Numbered from the stretch's first letter, positions 44,711-54,686 are shown. The stretch is 64,000 nt of DNA from Pseudomonadota bacterium (GCA_021325135.1 JAJPHT010000015.1:64001-128000), one strand, 5' to 3'. Program-made: numbers and translations. The notes: generated by a model not told the origin, from the sequence alone.

Positions 44711-45622
44711 TTGCACCGGCACGAGGCCCACGAGCACCTCGCGCCCGACGAAGCGCCCCCGGACCTCTCGGACCTTCCAGAGGATTGGCAGGAGGTCGTG
44801 CTGCGGCGCCTGGAGATGACCAAGACCGAGAGCATCCGCCGCGAGGACGAGGACCGCAAGACGCTCGACGAGGTCTTCGACCGGCAGACCCTCCTCGTGC
44901 TCTACAAGTTCATCTCCAACGGCTTCCTGGAGACGCTGGACTACCCCGTCTCCACCGGCAAGGAGGCCAACGTCTTCCACGCCACCGACCCGCAGGGCAA
45001 GCCCCTGGCGGTGAAGATCTTCCGCACGAACACCGCGACGTTCCGCAGCTTCATGACGTACATCGCGGGCGACCCGCGCTTCGGCCACGTGCGGCCCAAC
45101 CGGCGCGACATCGTGTACGTCTGGGCGCAGAAGGAGTACAAGAACCTCCAGCGCTACTTCGAGGCGGGCGTCCGCGTGCCCAACCCCATCGCGTGGCGCC
45201 AGAACGTGCTCCTCATGGAGTTCATCGGCTCGGAGGGCACGCCCGCGCCGCGCCTGCGGGACGCGCCCTACGACGACGCGCAGAAGCTCTACGAGCAGCT
45301 CGTCGCGCAGTACCGCCTGGGCAGCGAGCAGGGCGGGCTCGTGCACGGCGACTTCAGCGAGTTCAACATCCTCCACCCTTCGGGGGCCGGGCCCGTCGTC
45401 ATCGACGTGGCGCAGGCGGTCCTCGTCCACCACCCCATGGCGCGCGAATTGCTGGCCCGCGACGCGAAGAACCTCGCGGCGTACTTCCGCCGGCAGGGAT
45501 TGAAGGGCGTCACCGCCGAGGAGACGCTCAAGGCCATCTCGCCCCCCGAGCGGCCGCAGCGGCCCATCGACCGCGAGCCCGTGGACGAAGACGAGGACGA
45601 AGACGATTTCGAGGACGAGTGA
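44711..45622 (+). CDS. rio1: Serine/threonine kinase Rio1
   Basis: STGKEANVF, AVKIF, WAQKEYKNL, VHGDFSEFNIL, IDVAQAV. Confidence 0.95.
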   Translation: MHRHEAHEHLAPDEAPPDLSDLPEDWQEVVLRRLEMTKTESIRREDEDRKTLDEVFDRQTLLVLYKFISNGFLETLDYPVSTGKEANVFHATDPQGKPLAVKIFRTNTATFRSFMTYIAGDPRFGHVRPNRRDIVYVWAQKEYKNLQRYFEAGVRVPNPIAWRQNVLLMEFIGSEGTPAPRLRDAPYDDAQKLYEQLVAQYRLGSEQGGLVHGDFSEFNILHPSGAGPVVIDVAQAVLVHHPMARELLARDAKNLAAYFRRQGLKGVTAEETLKAISPPERPQRPIDREPVDEDEDEDDFEDE

Positions 45623-45623
45623 G

Positions 45624-46169
45624 ATGGTCGTTCACCTGGTGAAGATCCCGCAGAACCGCGTCGGCGCGCTCATCGGGCCGGAAGGCAAGATCAAGGAGGA
45701 ATTGGAGGGCCGCAGCGGCTGCCGTCTGCGCATCGACTCCGAGACGGGCGAGGTGGAGATCGATGACGAGAAGGCGTTCGAGCCCATCCTCGTGCTCAAG
45801 ACGCGCGACGCCGTGCGCGCCATCGGCCGCGGCTTCAGCCCCGAGCACGCCTTCCGCCTCTACCAGGACGACACGTACCTGGACGTGCTCGACCTCACCG
45901 AGTTCGTGGGCAAGCAGACGAAGGACCTGGAGCGCGTCCGCGCCCGCATCATCGGCACGCACGGCAAGACGCGCCGCAGCATCGAGGAGGCGTGCGGCGT
46001 CGAGGTGTCGATCCTCGGCAAGACGGTCGCCATCATCGGCGAGGTCAACGAGGTCGCCATGGCGCGCGAGGCCGTCGAGATGCTGCTCAACGGCGCGGCG
46101 CACGGCACCGTCTACAAGTTCCTGGAGCGCAAGCGCAAGGAGCTGAGGCTCCAGGACATGGGGCTCTAA
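45624..46169 (+). CDS. KH-domain pre-rRNA processing protein (Dim2/Pno1)
   Basis: RVGALIG..G, AIGRGFSPE, RIIG..GKTR; conserved synteny with eif1a-rio1. Confidence 0.93.
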   Translation: MVVHLVKIPQNRVGALIGPEGKIKEELEGRSGCRLRIDSETGEVEIDDEKAFEPILVLKTRDAVRAIGRGFSPEHAFRLYQDDTYLDVLDLTEFVGKQTKDLERVRARIIGTHGKTRRSIEEACGVEVSILGKTVAIIGEVNEVAMAREAVEMLLNGAAHGTVYKFLERKRKELRLQDMGL

Positions 46170-46281
46170 CACCCTCCGACGGCCATCCGGGCAGATGCGG
46201 GTCCGGAGGACCCGCGACAAAGCGCCGGCCGATTTTGCGGCCGAGCGGGAGGAGCTGAGGCTTCAGGACATGGGCCTATAA
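46138..46281 (+). repeat. 32-bp direct repeat duplicating the KH gene 3' end
   Basis: aggagctgaggctccaggacatggggctctaa (46138-46169) vs aggagctgaggcttcaggacatgggcctataa (46250-46281), 29/32 identical. Confidence 0.85.
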
Positions 46282-46329
46282 ACCCTGGAATCCGCGAAGG
46301 CTTATCCCTCGCGATATCACTCTCGCGCC

Positions 46330-46803
46330 ATGGCCTCCCGCGCGCTCCTCGTGGCCGCCATCGCCGGCGTCCTCCTCGTGGTGAGCATCGGCGTCGACGC
46401 CGCCATGAACCGCAGCTGGACGCTGGACGTGCAGACGCCCGAGGGCTGGCGCACGCTCGGGACGCAGGGCGTCTCCGGCGGCCCGCGCGGGGCGGAGCCC
46501 TTGACGCCGCTCGCCGTGGAGCGCAACGGCACGATCCACCTGCGCGTCACCGTGGACAACGGCTACGTCTGGACCTACGACGAGACGTACAAGGCGTTCG
46601 TCAACGGCGCCGAGGTCGCGCGAGGCACGCTGCACGCGCCCGCGAGGAGCAGCGGCACCGCGGAGTTCGACGTGCCCGCGAGGCTGGCGTTCACCGACGC
46701 GTCGGCTCCCAAGGGGCCCGCGCCCGGCGGGCTGAGCCTCGAGGTCCACGCCGGGAGCGCGGCGCTCTACGGGTTCCTCAGCGTGCAGGAGGCCTCCGGA
46801 TGA
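46330..46803 (+). CDS. Membrane-anchored Ig-like protein
   Basis: N-terminal TM, beta-rich body; ATGA overlap with next gene. Confidence 0.7.
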   Translation: MASRALLVAAIAGVLLVVSIGVDAAMNRSWTLDVQTPEGWRTLGTQGVSGGPRGAEPLTPLAVERNGTIHLRVTVDNGYVWTYDETYKAFVNGAEVARGTLHAPARSSGTAEFDVPARLAFTDASAPKGPAPGGLSLEVHAGSAALYGFLSVQEASG

Positions 46804-47195
46804 GCGCGGTCAACCTCAGGAACGTCCTTGTCCTCCTGGGCATCGTGCTCACGACGGCGGGCATCATCTTCTTCGCCACCGAGTTCTCCGACCTCATCAG
46901 CGACTGGGGGCGCGTCCTCGACCTTGCCCTCTTCGCCGTCGTCTTCGTCTCGCTGGGCGTCCACTTCGACCAGCGCGGCGACGACGAGGTCATCGGCCAC
47001 CGCGGCTGGCGCTGGCTGCGCGTCACCAACGCGCTCTACATCCTGGGCGCCATCGCGACCCTGGGCGCCGTGATCGCGTTCTTCGCCACGGACCTCGACC
47101 GCCTCTGGAAGGTGCTCATCACCATCCTTGTGGGCATCGGGCTCATCCTGGGCGCCTCGCTGGTCGTGGGGCGGCGCTCGCCCTCCGCGCCGTAG
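46800..47195 (+). CDS. Four-TM membrane protein
   Basis: Hydrophobicity pattern, internally repeated halves. Confidence 0.75.
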   Translation: MSAVNLRNVLVLLGIVLTTAGIIFFATEFSDLISDWGRVLDLALFAVVFVSLGVHFDQRGDDEVIGHRGWRWLRVTNALYILGAIATLGAVIAFFATDLDRLWKVLITILVGIGLILGASLVVGRRSPSAP

Positions 47196-47591
47196 CTATC
47201 GTTTTGGGATGATGGCCCAGACGCCCGAGCCGCGGGCGAGGACGTGGCCGTCGCCGTCCACGATCTCGCCTTCGGGGAACGCCACGGTGCGGCCGCGGCG
47301 CAGGAGCCTCCCCGTCGCCACGAGGCGACCGGGGGAGGCGGCCTTGAGGAACGTCGTCTGGATGTTGACGGAGGCCGTGCGCTCCTCGGGGGAGAGCGTC
47401 CTCGTGACGGCGGTCGCCATGGCCATGTCCAGGAGCGTCATCATCACGCCGCCGTGGACGATGCCGTTGGCGTTGAGGTGCGCGTCGCCCACGAGCATCT
47501 CGACGACGGCTCGCTCGGGCGTGGGCTCGCCCACCAGGCGGGCGTCGAGGCTGGCGGCGAAGGCGCCGCTGCCGGGCGGTCGGAGGGTCAT
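47196..47591 (-). CDS. PaaI family hotdog thioesterase
   Basis: HLNANGIVHGG..MTLLD.AM. Confidence 0.92.
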   Translation of the reverse strand: MTLRPPGSGAFAASLDARLVGEPTPERAVVEMLVGDAHLNANGIVHGGVMMTLLDMAMATAVTRTLSPEERTASVNIQTTFLKAASPGRLVATGRLLRRGRTVAFPEGEIVDGDGHVLARGSGVWAIIPKR

Positions 47592-47688
47592 GCGCGGGGC
47601 ACGACGCGGCGGGGCATCAAACGAGCGCCGCCAAGTGACGACCCTTGATCGAGAACGGTTATGGTTCCAGTGGAGCCGATGCGCCCTC

Positions 47689-47778
47689 ATGCGGACCCCC
47701 CGTTCCACGCAGCCTGCGCGCGCCTACCATCGGAGCCTCTGGCTCGCCAAGAAGTTCGGCAAGCGGGCCTGGAGTTGA
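47689..47778 (+). CDS. Candidate 29-aa basic micro-protein
   Basis: MRTPRSTQPARAYHRSLWLAKKFGKRAWS; gagaacggTTATgg about 30 bp upstream. Confidence 0.3.
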   Translation: MRTPRSTQPARAYHRSLWLAKKFGKRAWS

Positions 47779-47822
47779 ATGTCGCCGGCCGCGCCGCAGC
47801 GCGGCCAAACGCGGGGGTTTCA

Positions 47823-47890
47823 GGGGGCCAAGCCCCCTGACGTGAAGCCCGTTCCAGCAGACGATCAAGACGTCAGGGGGCTTGGCCCCC
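47823..47890. repeat. REP-like palindromic element family B, copy 2
   Basis: Perfect 21-bp inverted repeat; shares agccccctgacgtcttgatcgtc with copy 1 (opposite strand). Confidence 0.88.
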
Positions 47891-48253
47891 CGGTCCCGCC
47901 TTTTCCTCTTGGTCCAGGTGGAGGCCCTGGACGAAGAGCCGGTACGCCGTCGGGTCCTCGAAGACGAGGGGCTGGCCGCGGAACCGGCAGCGCGAGCAGA
48001 CCCAGACCAGGCCTTCGCCGAAGCCCGGCACGAGCCCCTCGGAGAGGCGCGGGTTGCGCATGGTGGGGCTCCCGCAGCGCATGCACGCCCAGACGGGGCC
48101 TTCGTGGAGCTCCACGTCCTCCGGCGGCACCTCCACGGGCCGGATGGGCTCGGGCGCGCCGCGAGGGCGGCGCAGGACGCGCGTGAAGCCGACGCTCGCC
48201 AGGACCGCGACGGCGGCCACGAGCAGGATGAGGCTCCAGGCGTCCAGGGGCAA
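47873..48253 (-). CDS. Membrane-anchored zinc-ribbon protein
   Basis: N-terminal TM; CMRCGS...WVCSRC.F.GQP. Confidence 0.7.
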   Translation of the reverse strand: MPLDAWSLILLVAAVAVLASVGFTRVLRRPRGAPEPIRPVEVPPEDVELHEGPVWACMRCGSPTMRNPRLSEGLVPGFGEGLVWVCSRCRFRGQPLVFEDPTAYRLFVQGLHLDQEEKAGPGGQAP

Positions 48254-48354
48254 GGCCACGCACCTCCACCCATCGGCCCCGTGAAAGCGCTTGTGGCCGC
48301 ATCGGCCGTCCGGAGGCGAAGGCGTAAGCACCGCGGGAGCCGAGCATCTTCCGC

Positions 48355-48861
48355 ATGCCCGTGGCGATGCGCTTCCTGGAGATCGATCCGCGCCCGCGCT
48401 TCGGCCGCGCCCGCATCGCCGCAGGCGCGTTCGCGGGCGCCGTGGGCGGGCTCGCGTTCGGCATCCTCCTCACGCTCCAGATCATGCGCGGCCCCTACGC
48501 GCCCGACGGTATGGCGGGCATGATCGCCCGCGTGCTGCGCACGGACAACGAGCTTGCGGTCTGGGGCGCGCACCTCGCGGCCGCCGCCCTCTTCGGGGCC
48601 GTCTTCGCTGCGTTCGTCGCGCCCTCGCGGCCGCGGCGAACCATCCCGCTGGCCGTCGCCTACGGCGTGCTCCTCTGGTTCTTCGCCGCCTTCCTTGCGC
48701 TGCGCCTCCTGGCGGGCGTGCCGCTGGCGCTGAGCCGCTCCGCCCTCTTCGACCTGGCGGGGCATCTCGTCTACGGCCTCGTGCTGGGCGGCGTCTACGT
48801 GGCGTTCTTCCACCAGGAGGACCGGTACGTCCGCGACCACCGGACGCGCGCAAACGCCTAA
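48355..48861 (+). CDS. Four-TM membrane protein with two conserved-looking His
   Basis: WGAHL...FG, LAGHLVYGLVLG. Confidence 0.75.
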   Translation: MPVAMRFLEIDPRPRFGRARIAAGAFAGAVGGLAFGILLTLQIMRGPYAPDGMAGMIARVLRTDNELAVWGAHLAAAALFGAVFAAFVAPSRPRRTIPLAVAYGVLLWFFAAFLALRLLAGVPLALSRSALFDLAGHLVYGLVLGGVYVAFFHQEDRYVRDHRTRANA

Positions 48862-48885
48862 GCGCGCGCCGCCGGATGCCGGCGC

Positions 48886-49146
48886 GTGACGACGCCCGCG
48901 GCCGCGCCGCCCAAGAGGTTCCGGGGCGAGTGCCCCAAGTGCGACAAGATGAGCGAGCACGAGGAGTCCGTGCGCGAGCGCCGCGTCGCGGGCAGCGCGC
49001 AGGCGGCGAGCCGCGGGGACTTCAAGCAGACGATGGAGTACAGCTTCCGCTGCCTCTCGTGCGGCCAGCGCAACGAGAAGATCGTGGACGAGGCGGGCCT
49101 CCTGCACAAGTGGCAGGGGAACCGGCACGTCGCGCTGAAGGTCTAG
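48886..49146 (+). CDS. Small CPxC zinc-ribbon protein
   Basis: ECPKC.....H ... FRCLSCG. Confidence 0.65.
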   Translation: MTTPAAAPPKRFRGECPKCDKMSEHEESVRERRVAGSAQAASRGDFKQTMEYSFRCLSCGQRNEKIVDEAGLLHKWQGNRHVALKV

Positions 49147-49262
49147 GAACGGCCGTTCCGGCGTCCGTTCGATTGATATCTTTCATCCCTGGTCGCAGCC
49201 TCGCGCTTGCGTGGGCGAAAGCGCCTTGCTCGTCAGCCCCGCATGCGCGCCTGAGGCTGGAC

Positions 49263-49892
49263 ATGCACACCTCCACGCTGAAGACCCTCCTTGCCGTCGG
49301 ATTCGCCGCCGCCTTCGTGGGCGGCATCTTCGCTTCGCACATCGTGGGCGCGGACAGCAACGCGCAGCCCGCGGACAAGATGGCCGTCGCCGGCTCGGCC
49401 CTCGCCTACTCCAGCCCCGGCCAGGCCGTCACGCTCCTCGCGGGCGCCATGAAGACCTCCTCCCCCGAGGACGTCGTGGTCAGCGTCTCCCTGGAGTGCG
49501 CGATCATCACGCAGGTGACGACCGTGGGCAACGACAACTCGCAGGCCTTCGGCCAGGTCAAGGTCTGGGTCGAGCTCGACGGGACGCCCATCCCCGTCTC
49601 GTCGGACGACACCACCGACGCGGGCCAGGTCACCTTCTGCGACCGCGCCCACCAGCAGACCACGTCGGGCTTCAACGCCGACAAGAACGCGACCATCACG
49701 ACCTACCTGAGCACGCGCGACGCCAACGCGTTCCAGTGGATCAGCCTCAACCTCGGCGCGGGCGACCACACCTTCGTCGTGAAGGCGACGCTCACGCAGA
49801 CGGCCAGCAACAACGCGATCGCGCAGGCCCTCGTCGGCAAGCGCACCCTCGTCGTCGAGCCCACGAAGCTCGCCAACAACGCGGTGATCTGA
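49263..49892 (+). CDS. Secreted beta-rich protein
   Basis: Signal peptide, strong codon bias, one Cys pair. Confidence 0.8.
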   Translation: MHTSTLKTLLAVGFAAAFVGGIFASHIVGADSNAQPADKMAVAGSALAYSSPGQAVTLLAGAMKTSSPEDVVVSVSLECAIITQVTTVGNDNSQAFGQVKVWVELDGTPIPVSSDDTTDAGQVTFCDRAHQQTTSGFNADKNATITTYLSTRDANAFQWISLNLGAGDHTFVVKATLTQTASNNAIAQALVGKRTLVVEPTKLANNAVI

Positions 49893-49897
49893 GCCGC

Positions 49898-50779
49898 TCA
49901 GCCGCGCCGCGCGCGCCGCACGAGGGCGACCAGCGCGACGGCGGCGAGCGCGGTCAGGGGCGAGGCCCCGGGGGCGGGGTGGAGAGCCTGCCCCCGCTCG
50001 GTCACGACCAGCGAGACCGACGAGGTGTCGCCCGGCGCCGGCGGGCTGCGCTCTTCCTGCGAGACGATGCGGAGGTCCACGTTCCCGACGCGGTTCGTGA
50101 GCGCGGAGCCGCCCAGCGCGGTGACGTTGAGGACGACGTCGCGCGACGTGGGCGATCCGCCCTGCTGCGCGCTCTCCAGGATGACGTCCGGGACGGGCTC
50201 CAGGCGGAGCCATTCGGGGCCGTCGACCCGCTGCACGGAGACGCGCGTCCGGTCGTTCCCCTTGTTCTCCAGCGCCAGGTGGAAGGCGTGCGTGGCGCCA
50301 GGCGCCACCGTCGCCACGGCTTCGTCCACGCCCACGTCCAGGACGCTGAAGAACTTGGCCGTGAGGTTCGTGCCCGCCGCGCCCTTCTGGTCGCCCGCCA
50401 TGCCCGCGACGGTGGCCTCCAGCGCGATCGCGCCGGGCTTCCACGCGGGGGCCGTGTCCAAGGCGGTCACGTTGAGCGCCCCCTTCACGGAGGCGGTCCC
50501 CCCGTTGCACGTCGTGGCGTCGATGACGAAGCTCGTGGGCGCCACGATGACCGTCGCCCACGCAGGCGCCTGCGTCACGCGCACGCTCACCCCCGTGGGC
50601 TGCGGGCCCACGCCCGCGAGCACGCACGAGACGTCGACGTGGAAGGGCGCCTCCACGGGCCTCAGCAGCGGCGCGGCGTCGGGCAGCGGGTCCACGCTCA
50701 TCTGCACCGCAGGCGCCAGCTGCGCGGCAGCGATGGGGGCCAGGAGGGCCATGAGAAGGAGGATCGGAAGTCCTCGCAC
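49898..50779 (-). CDS. Surface protein with two Ig-like domains and PGF-CTERM-like tail
   Basis: Signal peptide, ENKGN motif, APGASPLTALAAVALVALVRRARR. Confidence 0.8.
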   Translation of the reverse strand: MRGLPILLLMALLAPIAAAQLAPAVQMSVDPLPDAAPLLRPVEAPFHVDVSCVLAGVGPQPTGVSVRVTQAPAWATVIVAPTSFVIDATTCNGGTASVKGALNVTALDTAPAWKPGAIALEATVAGMAGDQKGAAGTNLTAKFFSVLDVGVDEAVATVAPGATHAFHLALENKGNDRTRVSVQRVDGPEWLRLEPVPDVILESAQQGGSPTSRDVVLNVTALGGSALTNRVGNVDLRIVSQEERSPPAPGDTSSVSLVVTERGQALHPAPGASPLTALAAVALVALVRRARRG

Positions 50780-51013
50780 GCGCGGACACGCCGCCAGGGC
50801 ACCAAGAAGCCTCGGGTGGCGGCCATGGAGGCTGGCGGCCCAGTCCAAGGGTGAGGCAGGGTCCTTTTTCTGGCACAGCAAGGCGTGAAGTCCTCTTTTT
50901 CACAGGCGCCCTCCATGTTATCTGGTCTGGCTTCATCAGGGAGTAGTTGATGTCCTGTTACGTCATGCCGGGCGGGGCGATTGTTCGCCCCTTCGGTGAA
51001 TGGTGAAACCTTC

Positions 51014-51784
51014 ATGGCTTGCAACCTCGTCCCTTGCCTCGTGGCTGTCCTCGTCGTCCTCTCCGCCTTGGGCGGCCTCGCCTTGCCCGCCAAGGCGGCG
51101 CTCGTCTACACGGGCTGCCTTGCGGATGCGACCAATCTGGTCGGAGAGAATGCTCGACCAATCTCGGCGCCGCGGTCCGATCCTGCGGGCATCGCCTGCG
51201 TGGACGACACGCGCCCGGGGGGTTTCCCGCACGGCGGGGCGCCCGCGAACGAATATCTCGATCCCGTCTCGCACGTCGTCTATCGGCAGACCCCCGCGGG
51301 CCTCCAGCCCATCGGCCTTGGGTCGAACGCCGGATACCTGGAGCTTCAGACGCAGACGAACCACGCCAACGGCGACCAGTGCTCTGACAGCGTTTCCGAC
51401 GCGCTCTGCACGAAGCCGCTGATGGACTGCCACGACGCTCCGGCCTTCTGCCAGAGCCTCCGCATCGCGCTCACGGGCTGCCACCACGTGTGGCTCGACG
51501 TCCAGTACTTCCTGGCGCCGGTCGACGGAGGCGTGCAGGAGGCGATCAAGGACTACCCGCAGCCTTGCCCGCCCACGCCCCTGGGCATCCTTGGCCCCAC
51601 CGTGGACTGGGCCACCGGCGGCTCCGCAGCGGTGACGGTCATTAAGGACGATGATTCCGGGTCGCCGCCCTTCGGATACTGCGAGTACTCCCGCGCGAAC
51701 GGGGTGCCCCTGGCTGTGACGACGATTCTCAAAGTGGACGGAAACCCGGTGGGCTCCACCAAGGTGACCCTCCCTCAATGCTGA
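51014..51784 (+). CDS. Cys-rich secreted protein, paralog of 1..534
   Basis: GGTGA SD, signal peptide, 10 Cys in the mature part; weaker GC3 bias. Confidence 0.75.
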   Translation: MACNLVPCLVAVLVVLSALGGLALPAKAALVYTGCLADATNLVGENARPISAPRSDPAGIACVDDTRPGGFPHGGAPANEYLDPVSHVVYRQTPAGLQPIGLGSNAGYLELQTQTNHANGDQCSDSVSDALCTKPLMDCHDAPAFCQSLRIALTGCHHVWLDVQYFLAPVDGGVQEAIKDYPQPCPPTPLGILGPTVDWATGGSAAVTVIKDDDSGSPPFGYCEYSRANGVPLAVTTILKVDGNPVGSTKVTLPQC

Positions 51785-51796
51785 AGGTGCCTCCCC

Positions 51797-52360
51797 ATGC
51801 GCGTCCCCCTCGTCGTCCTCCTCGCGCTCCTGCTCGTGGCGCCCATGGCCCATGCGGGAGATCAGTCCGACCCTGAGATCACGGATGGCTCGTTCCCGAC
51901 CGACCCGGCCCTCATGGCGCTGCGCGGGGACACGACGGCGGGGGCGCCCGAGATCGACATCCAGGCCGTCTGGCTGAGCACCAACGCGACCGACGTCACC
52001 GTCACGTGGGAGGTCCTCGACGGGACCCACCGGCTCCAAGCCAACGAAACCATCCTGTATTCTCTCGCGTTCGACTGCGGGACCAGGACGTACACGCTGG
52101 ACGTTGAGGAAAACCCCGACGGACGGAGCTACGGGCACCTTCAGGGAGTCAACAGCGTGGTCAACGTCACGTTCGACGGGAACCTCATCACCGCCGGCAC
52201 GGGCCGCGCCTACTTCCCCTGCGCGACGCTCACGCACCTGCACGCCAGCAGCATCCTTCTGCTCCAGACCAGCCCCACCACCTGGTGGGGCGGCGGCACC
52301 GTCTGGTGGCGCGACGTCGCCCCCGCCCAGGGGTACGGCCGCGACTTCACGTTCGGGTGA
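51797..52360 (+). CDS. Secreted 'PEITD' protein, paralog of 539..1117
   Basis: PEITDG, GAPEID, LTHLHAS, DVAPAQGYGRDF. Confidence 0.8.
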   Translation: MRVPLVVLLALLLVAPMAHAGDQSDPEITDGSFPTDPALMALRGDTTAGAPEIDIQAVWLSTNATDVTVTWEVLDGTHRLQANETILYSLAFDCGTRTYTLDVEENPDGRSYGHLQGVNSVVNVTFDGNLITAGTGRAYFPCATLTHLHASSILLLQTSPTTWWGGGTVWWRDVAPAQGYGRDFTFG

Positions 52361-52451
52361 CGGGCGCCAGGAAGGTGCTCGGGCCCCCGGCCTGGGACCG
52401 GGCTGACCGAAGGCTTTTCAACCCCCCTCCTTTTCACCGCGATTGCGGCCT

Positions 52452-53531
52452 ATGACGAAGTACGAGATCCAGAGCGTCCTCAAGGGCGACGGCTCCGACT
52501 GGGACCACAACCGGGAGCCCCACCTCAAGGACGACCAGCTCCGTGCCATCTACGCCACCATGGTCCGCGTCCGGATGCTGAACGAGCGCGGCATGAACCT
52601 GCAGCGCCAGGGCCGCATCGGCTTCTACATCGGCAGCGAAGGCCAGGAGGCCGTCCACGTCGCGTCCGCCGCCGCGCTGGAGCCCACCGACTGGTGGTTC
52701 CCCCACTACCGCGACCCCGGCGTCGCCCTCCTGCGCGGCGCCACCATCGAGCAGATGGTCCACCAGCTCTACGGCAACGCGAAGGACATGACCAAGGGCC
52801 GCCAGATGCCCAACCACTTCTCGTTCAAGGACCAGAGCTTCTTCTCCATCTCCTCGCCCCTCACCGTGCGCGTGCCCCAGGCCGCGGGCGCCGCCTACGC
52901 GATGAAGTACAAGCGCACGAAGCAGATCGCCGTCTCCAGCTTCGGCGACGGCAGCAGCAGCGAGGGCGACTTCCACGTCGGCCTCAACTTCGCGGGCGTC
53001 TGGAAGGCGCCCGTGGTCTTCCTGCTCAACAACAACCAGTACGCCATCAGCGTGCCCAGCAGCATGCAGACCGCGAGCGAGACCTACGCCCAGAAGGCCG
53101 AGGCCTACGGCTTCGAGGGCGTGCGCGTCGACGGCAACGACCCCCTCGCCATCTACGCCGCCATGAAGATGGCCGCCGACAAGGCGCGCGCGGGCAAGGG
53201 CCCCACGCTCATCGAGTGCTACACGTTCCGCATGGGTCCCCACAGCAGCAGCGACGACCCCAAGCGCTACGTGAACCCCAACGACCTCACCTTCTGGGGC
53301 GCCAAGGACCCCATCCTCCGCATGCGCAACTACCTCGTGAAGAAGGGCGTCTGGAACGACGCCCTGGAGAAGGAGCTGGTGGAGCGCACCAAGGACGAGA
53401 TCCAGAAGGCCATCGAGGCCGCCGAGGCGACGCCCGCGCCGGAGCTGCGCGAGCTGGTCACCGACGTCTACGCCGAGGTGCCCTGGCACCTCGAAGCCGA
53501 GCTCCAGGAACTCAAGGAGAGTGTCGAGTAA
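52452..53531 (+). CDS. pdhA: 2-oxoacid (pyruvate/branched-chain) dehydrogenase E1 alpha
   Basis: LQRQGRIGFY, GRQMPNH, TPP motif FGDG..SEGDFH...NN, HSSSDDP. Confidence 0.93.
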   Translation: MTKYEIQSVLKGDGSDWDHNREPHLKDDQLRAIYATMVRVRMLNERGMNLQRQGRIGFYIGSEGQEAVHVASAAALEPTDWWFPHYRDPGVALLRGATIEQMVHQLYGNAKDMTKGRQMPNHFSFKDQSFFSISSPLTVRVPQAAGAAYAMKYKRTKQIAVSSFGDGSSSEGDFHVGLNFAGVWKAPVVFLLNNNQYAISVPSSMQTASETYAQKAEAYGFEGVRVDGNDPLAIYAAMKMAADKARAGKGPTLIECYTFRMGPHSSSDDPKRYVNPNDLTFWGAKDPILRMRNYLVKKGVWNDALEKELVERTKDEIQKAIEAAEATPAPELRELVTDVYAEVPWHLEAELQELKESVE

Positions 53532-54505
53532 TGCCCACGATGACGCTGATCCAGGCCGTCACCGACGCGCTGCGATCCGAGATGCGCGAGGACAAGGACG
53601 TCGTCGTCTTCGGCGAGGACGTGGGCAAGAACGGCGGCGTGTTCCGCGCCACCGACGGCCTCCAGGCCGAGTTCGGCGAGGAGCGCGTCTTCGACACGCC
53701 CCTGGCGGAGGGCGGCATCATCGGCACCGCCATCGGCATGGCGCTCTACGGCCTCAAGCCCGTCCCCGAGATCCAGTTCCAGGACTTCATCTTCCCCGCC
53801 TTCGACCAGATCGTCAGCGAGGCCGCGAAGATCCGATATCGTTCCGGCGGCCAGTACACCGTGCCCATGACGATCCGCACGCCCTACGGCGGCGGCATCC
53901 GCGGCGGGCACTACCACTCGCAGTCCGGCGAGGCGTACTTCACGCACACGCCCGGCCTCAAGGTGGTCATCCCGTCCACGCCCTACGACGCCAAGGGGCT
54001 GCTCATCAGCAGCATCCGCGACCCGGACCCCACGGTGTTCATGGAGCCCAAGCGCGTCTACCGCGCCATCAAGGAAGAGGTCCCTGAGGGCAGCTACACC
54101 GTCCCCCTGGGCAAGGCGCGCCTCGCCCGCGAGGGGCAGGACCTCAGCATCATCACCTACGGCGCCATGGTCCACGTCGCGCTGGAGGCGGCCAAGCAGG
54201 CCGAGCAGGAGGGCATCAGCGTCGAGGTCGTCGACCTGCGGACGCTCCTGCCCTACGACGGCGACGCGATCCTCAAGTCCGTGAAGAAGACGGGCCGCGC
54301 CATGACCGTGTACGAGGCGCCCAAGATCAGCGGCTTCGGCGGCGAGATCAACGCGTTCATCGCCGAGAACGCCATCGAGTACCTCCAGGCTCCGCTGTAC
54401 CGCGTCGCGGGCTTCGACACGCCCTTCCCGTACACGCTGGAGCACGACTACATGCCCACGACGGACCGGATCCTGCACTTCATCCGGAAGTCGAAGGCTT
54501 ACTAG
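53531..54505 (+). CDS. pdhB: 2-oxoacid dehydrogenase E1 beta
   Basis: GEDVGKNGGVFRAT, DTPLAE, EIQF, HSQS; TAATG overlap. Confidence 0.93.
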   Translation: MPTMTLIQAVTDALRSEMREDKDVVVFGEDVGKNGGVFRATDGLQAEFGEERVFDTPLAEGGIIGTAIGMALYGLKPVPEIQFQDFIFPAFDQIVSEAAKIRYRSGGQYTVPMTIRTPYGGGIRGGHYHSQSGEAYFTHTPGLKVVIPSTPYDAKGLLISSIRDPDPTVFMEPKRVYRAIKEEVPEGSYTVPLGKARLAREGQDLSIITYGAMVHVALEAAKQAEQEGISVEVVDLRTLLPYDGDAILKSVKKTGRAMTVYEAPKISGFGGEINAFIAENAIEYLQAPLYRVAGFDTPFPYTLEHDYMPTTDRILHFIRKSKAY

Positions 54506-54519
54506 ACGCGGGTTGGCCT

Positions 54520-54675
54520 CTTTTCTTCGCTTCTCCTGGGGGACTCCGTCCCCCAGACCCCCACAACACCCGAATCTCAGAATCTCCGAATCAGCGCCGC
54601 GACAAGCATTCCTGAGCTTGTTTCTCCTCGGAGATTCGGGTCTCGCGGGGGTCTGGGGGCGGCAGCCCCAGGAGA
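54520..54675. repeat. REP/MITE-like palindromic element family A, copy 2
   Basis: Reverse complement of 22582..22744 with a variable central loop. Confidence 0.85.
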
Positions 54676-54686
54676 GGGCCGCAAAT

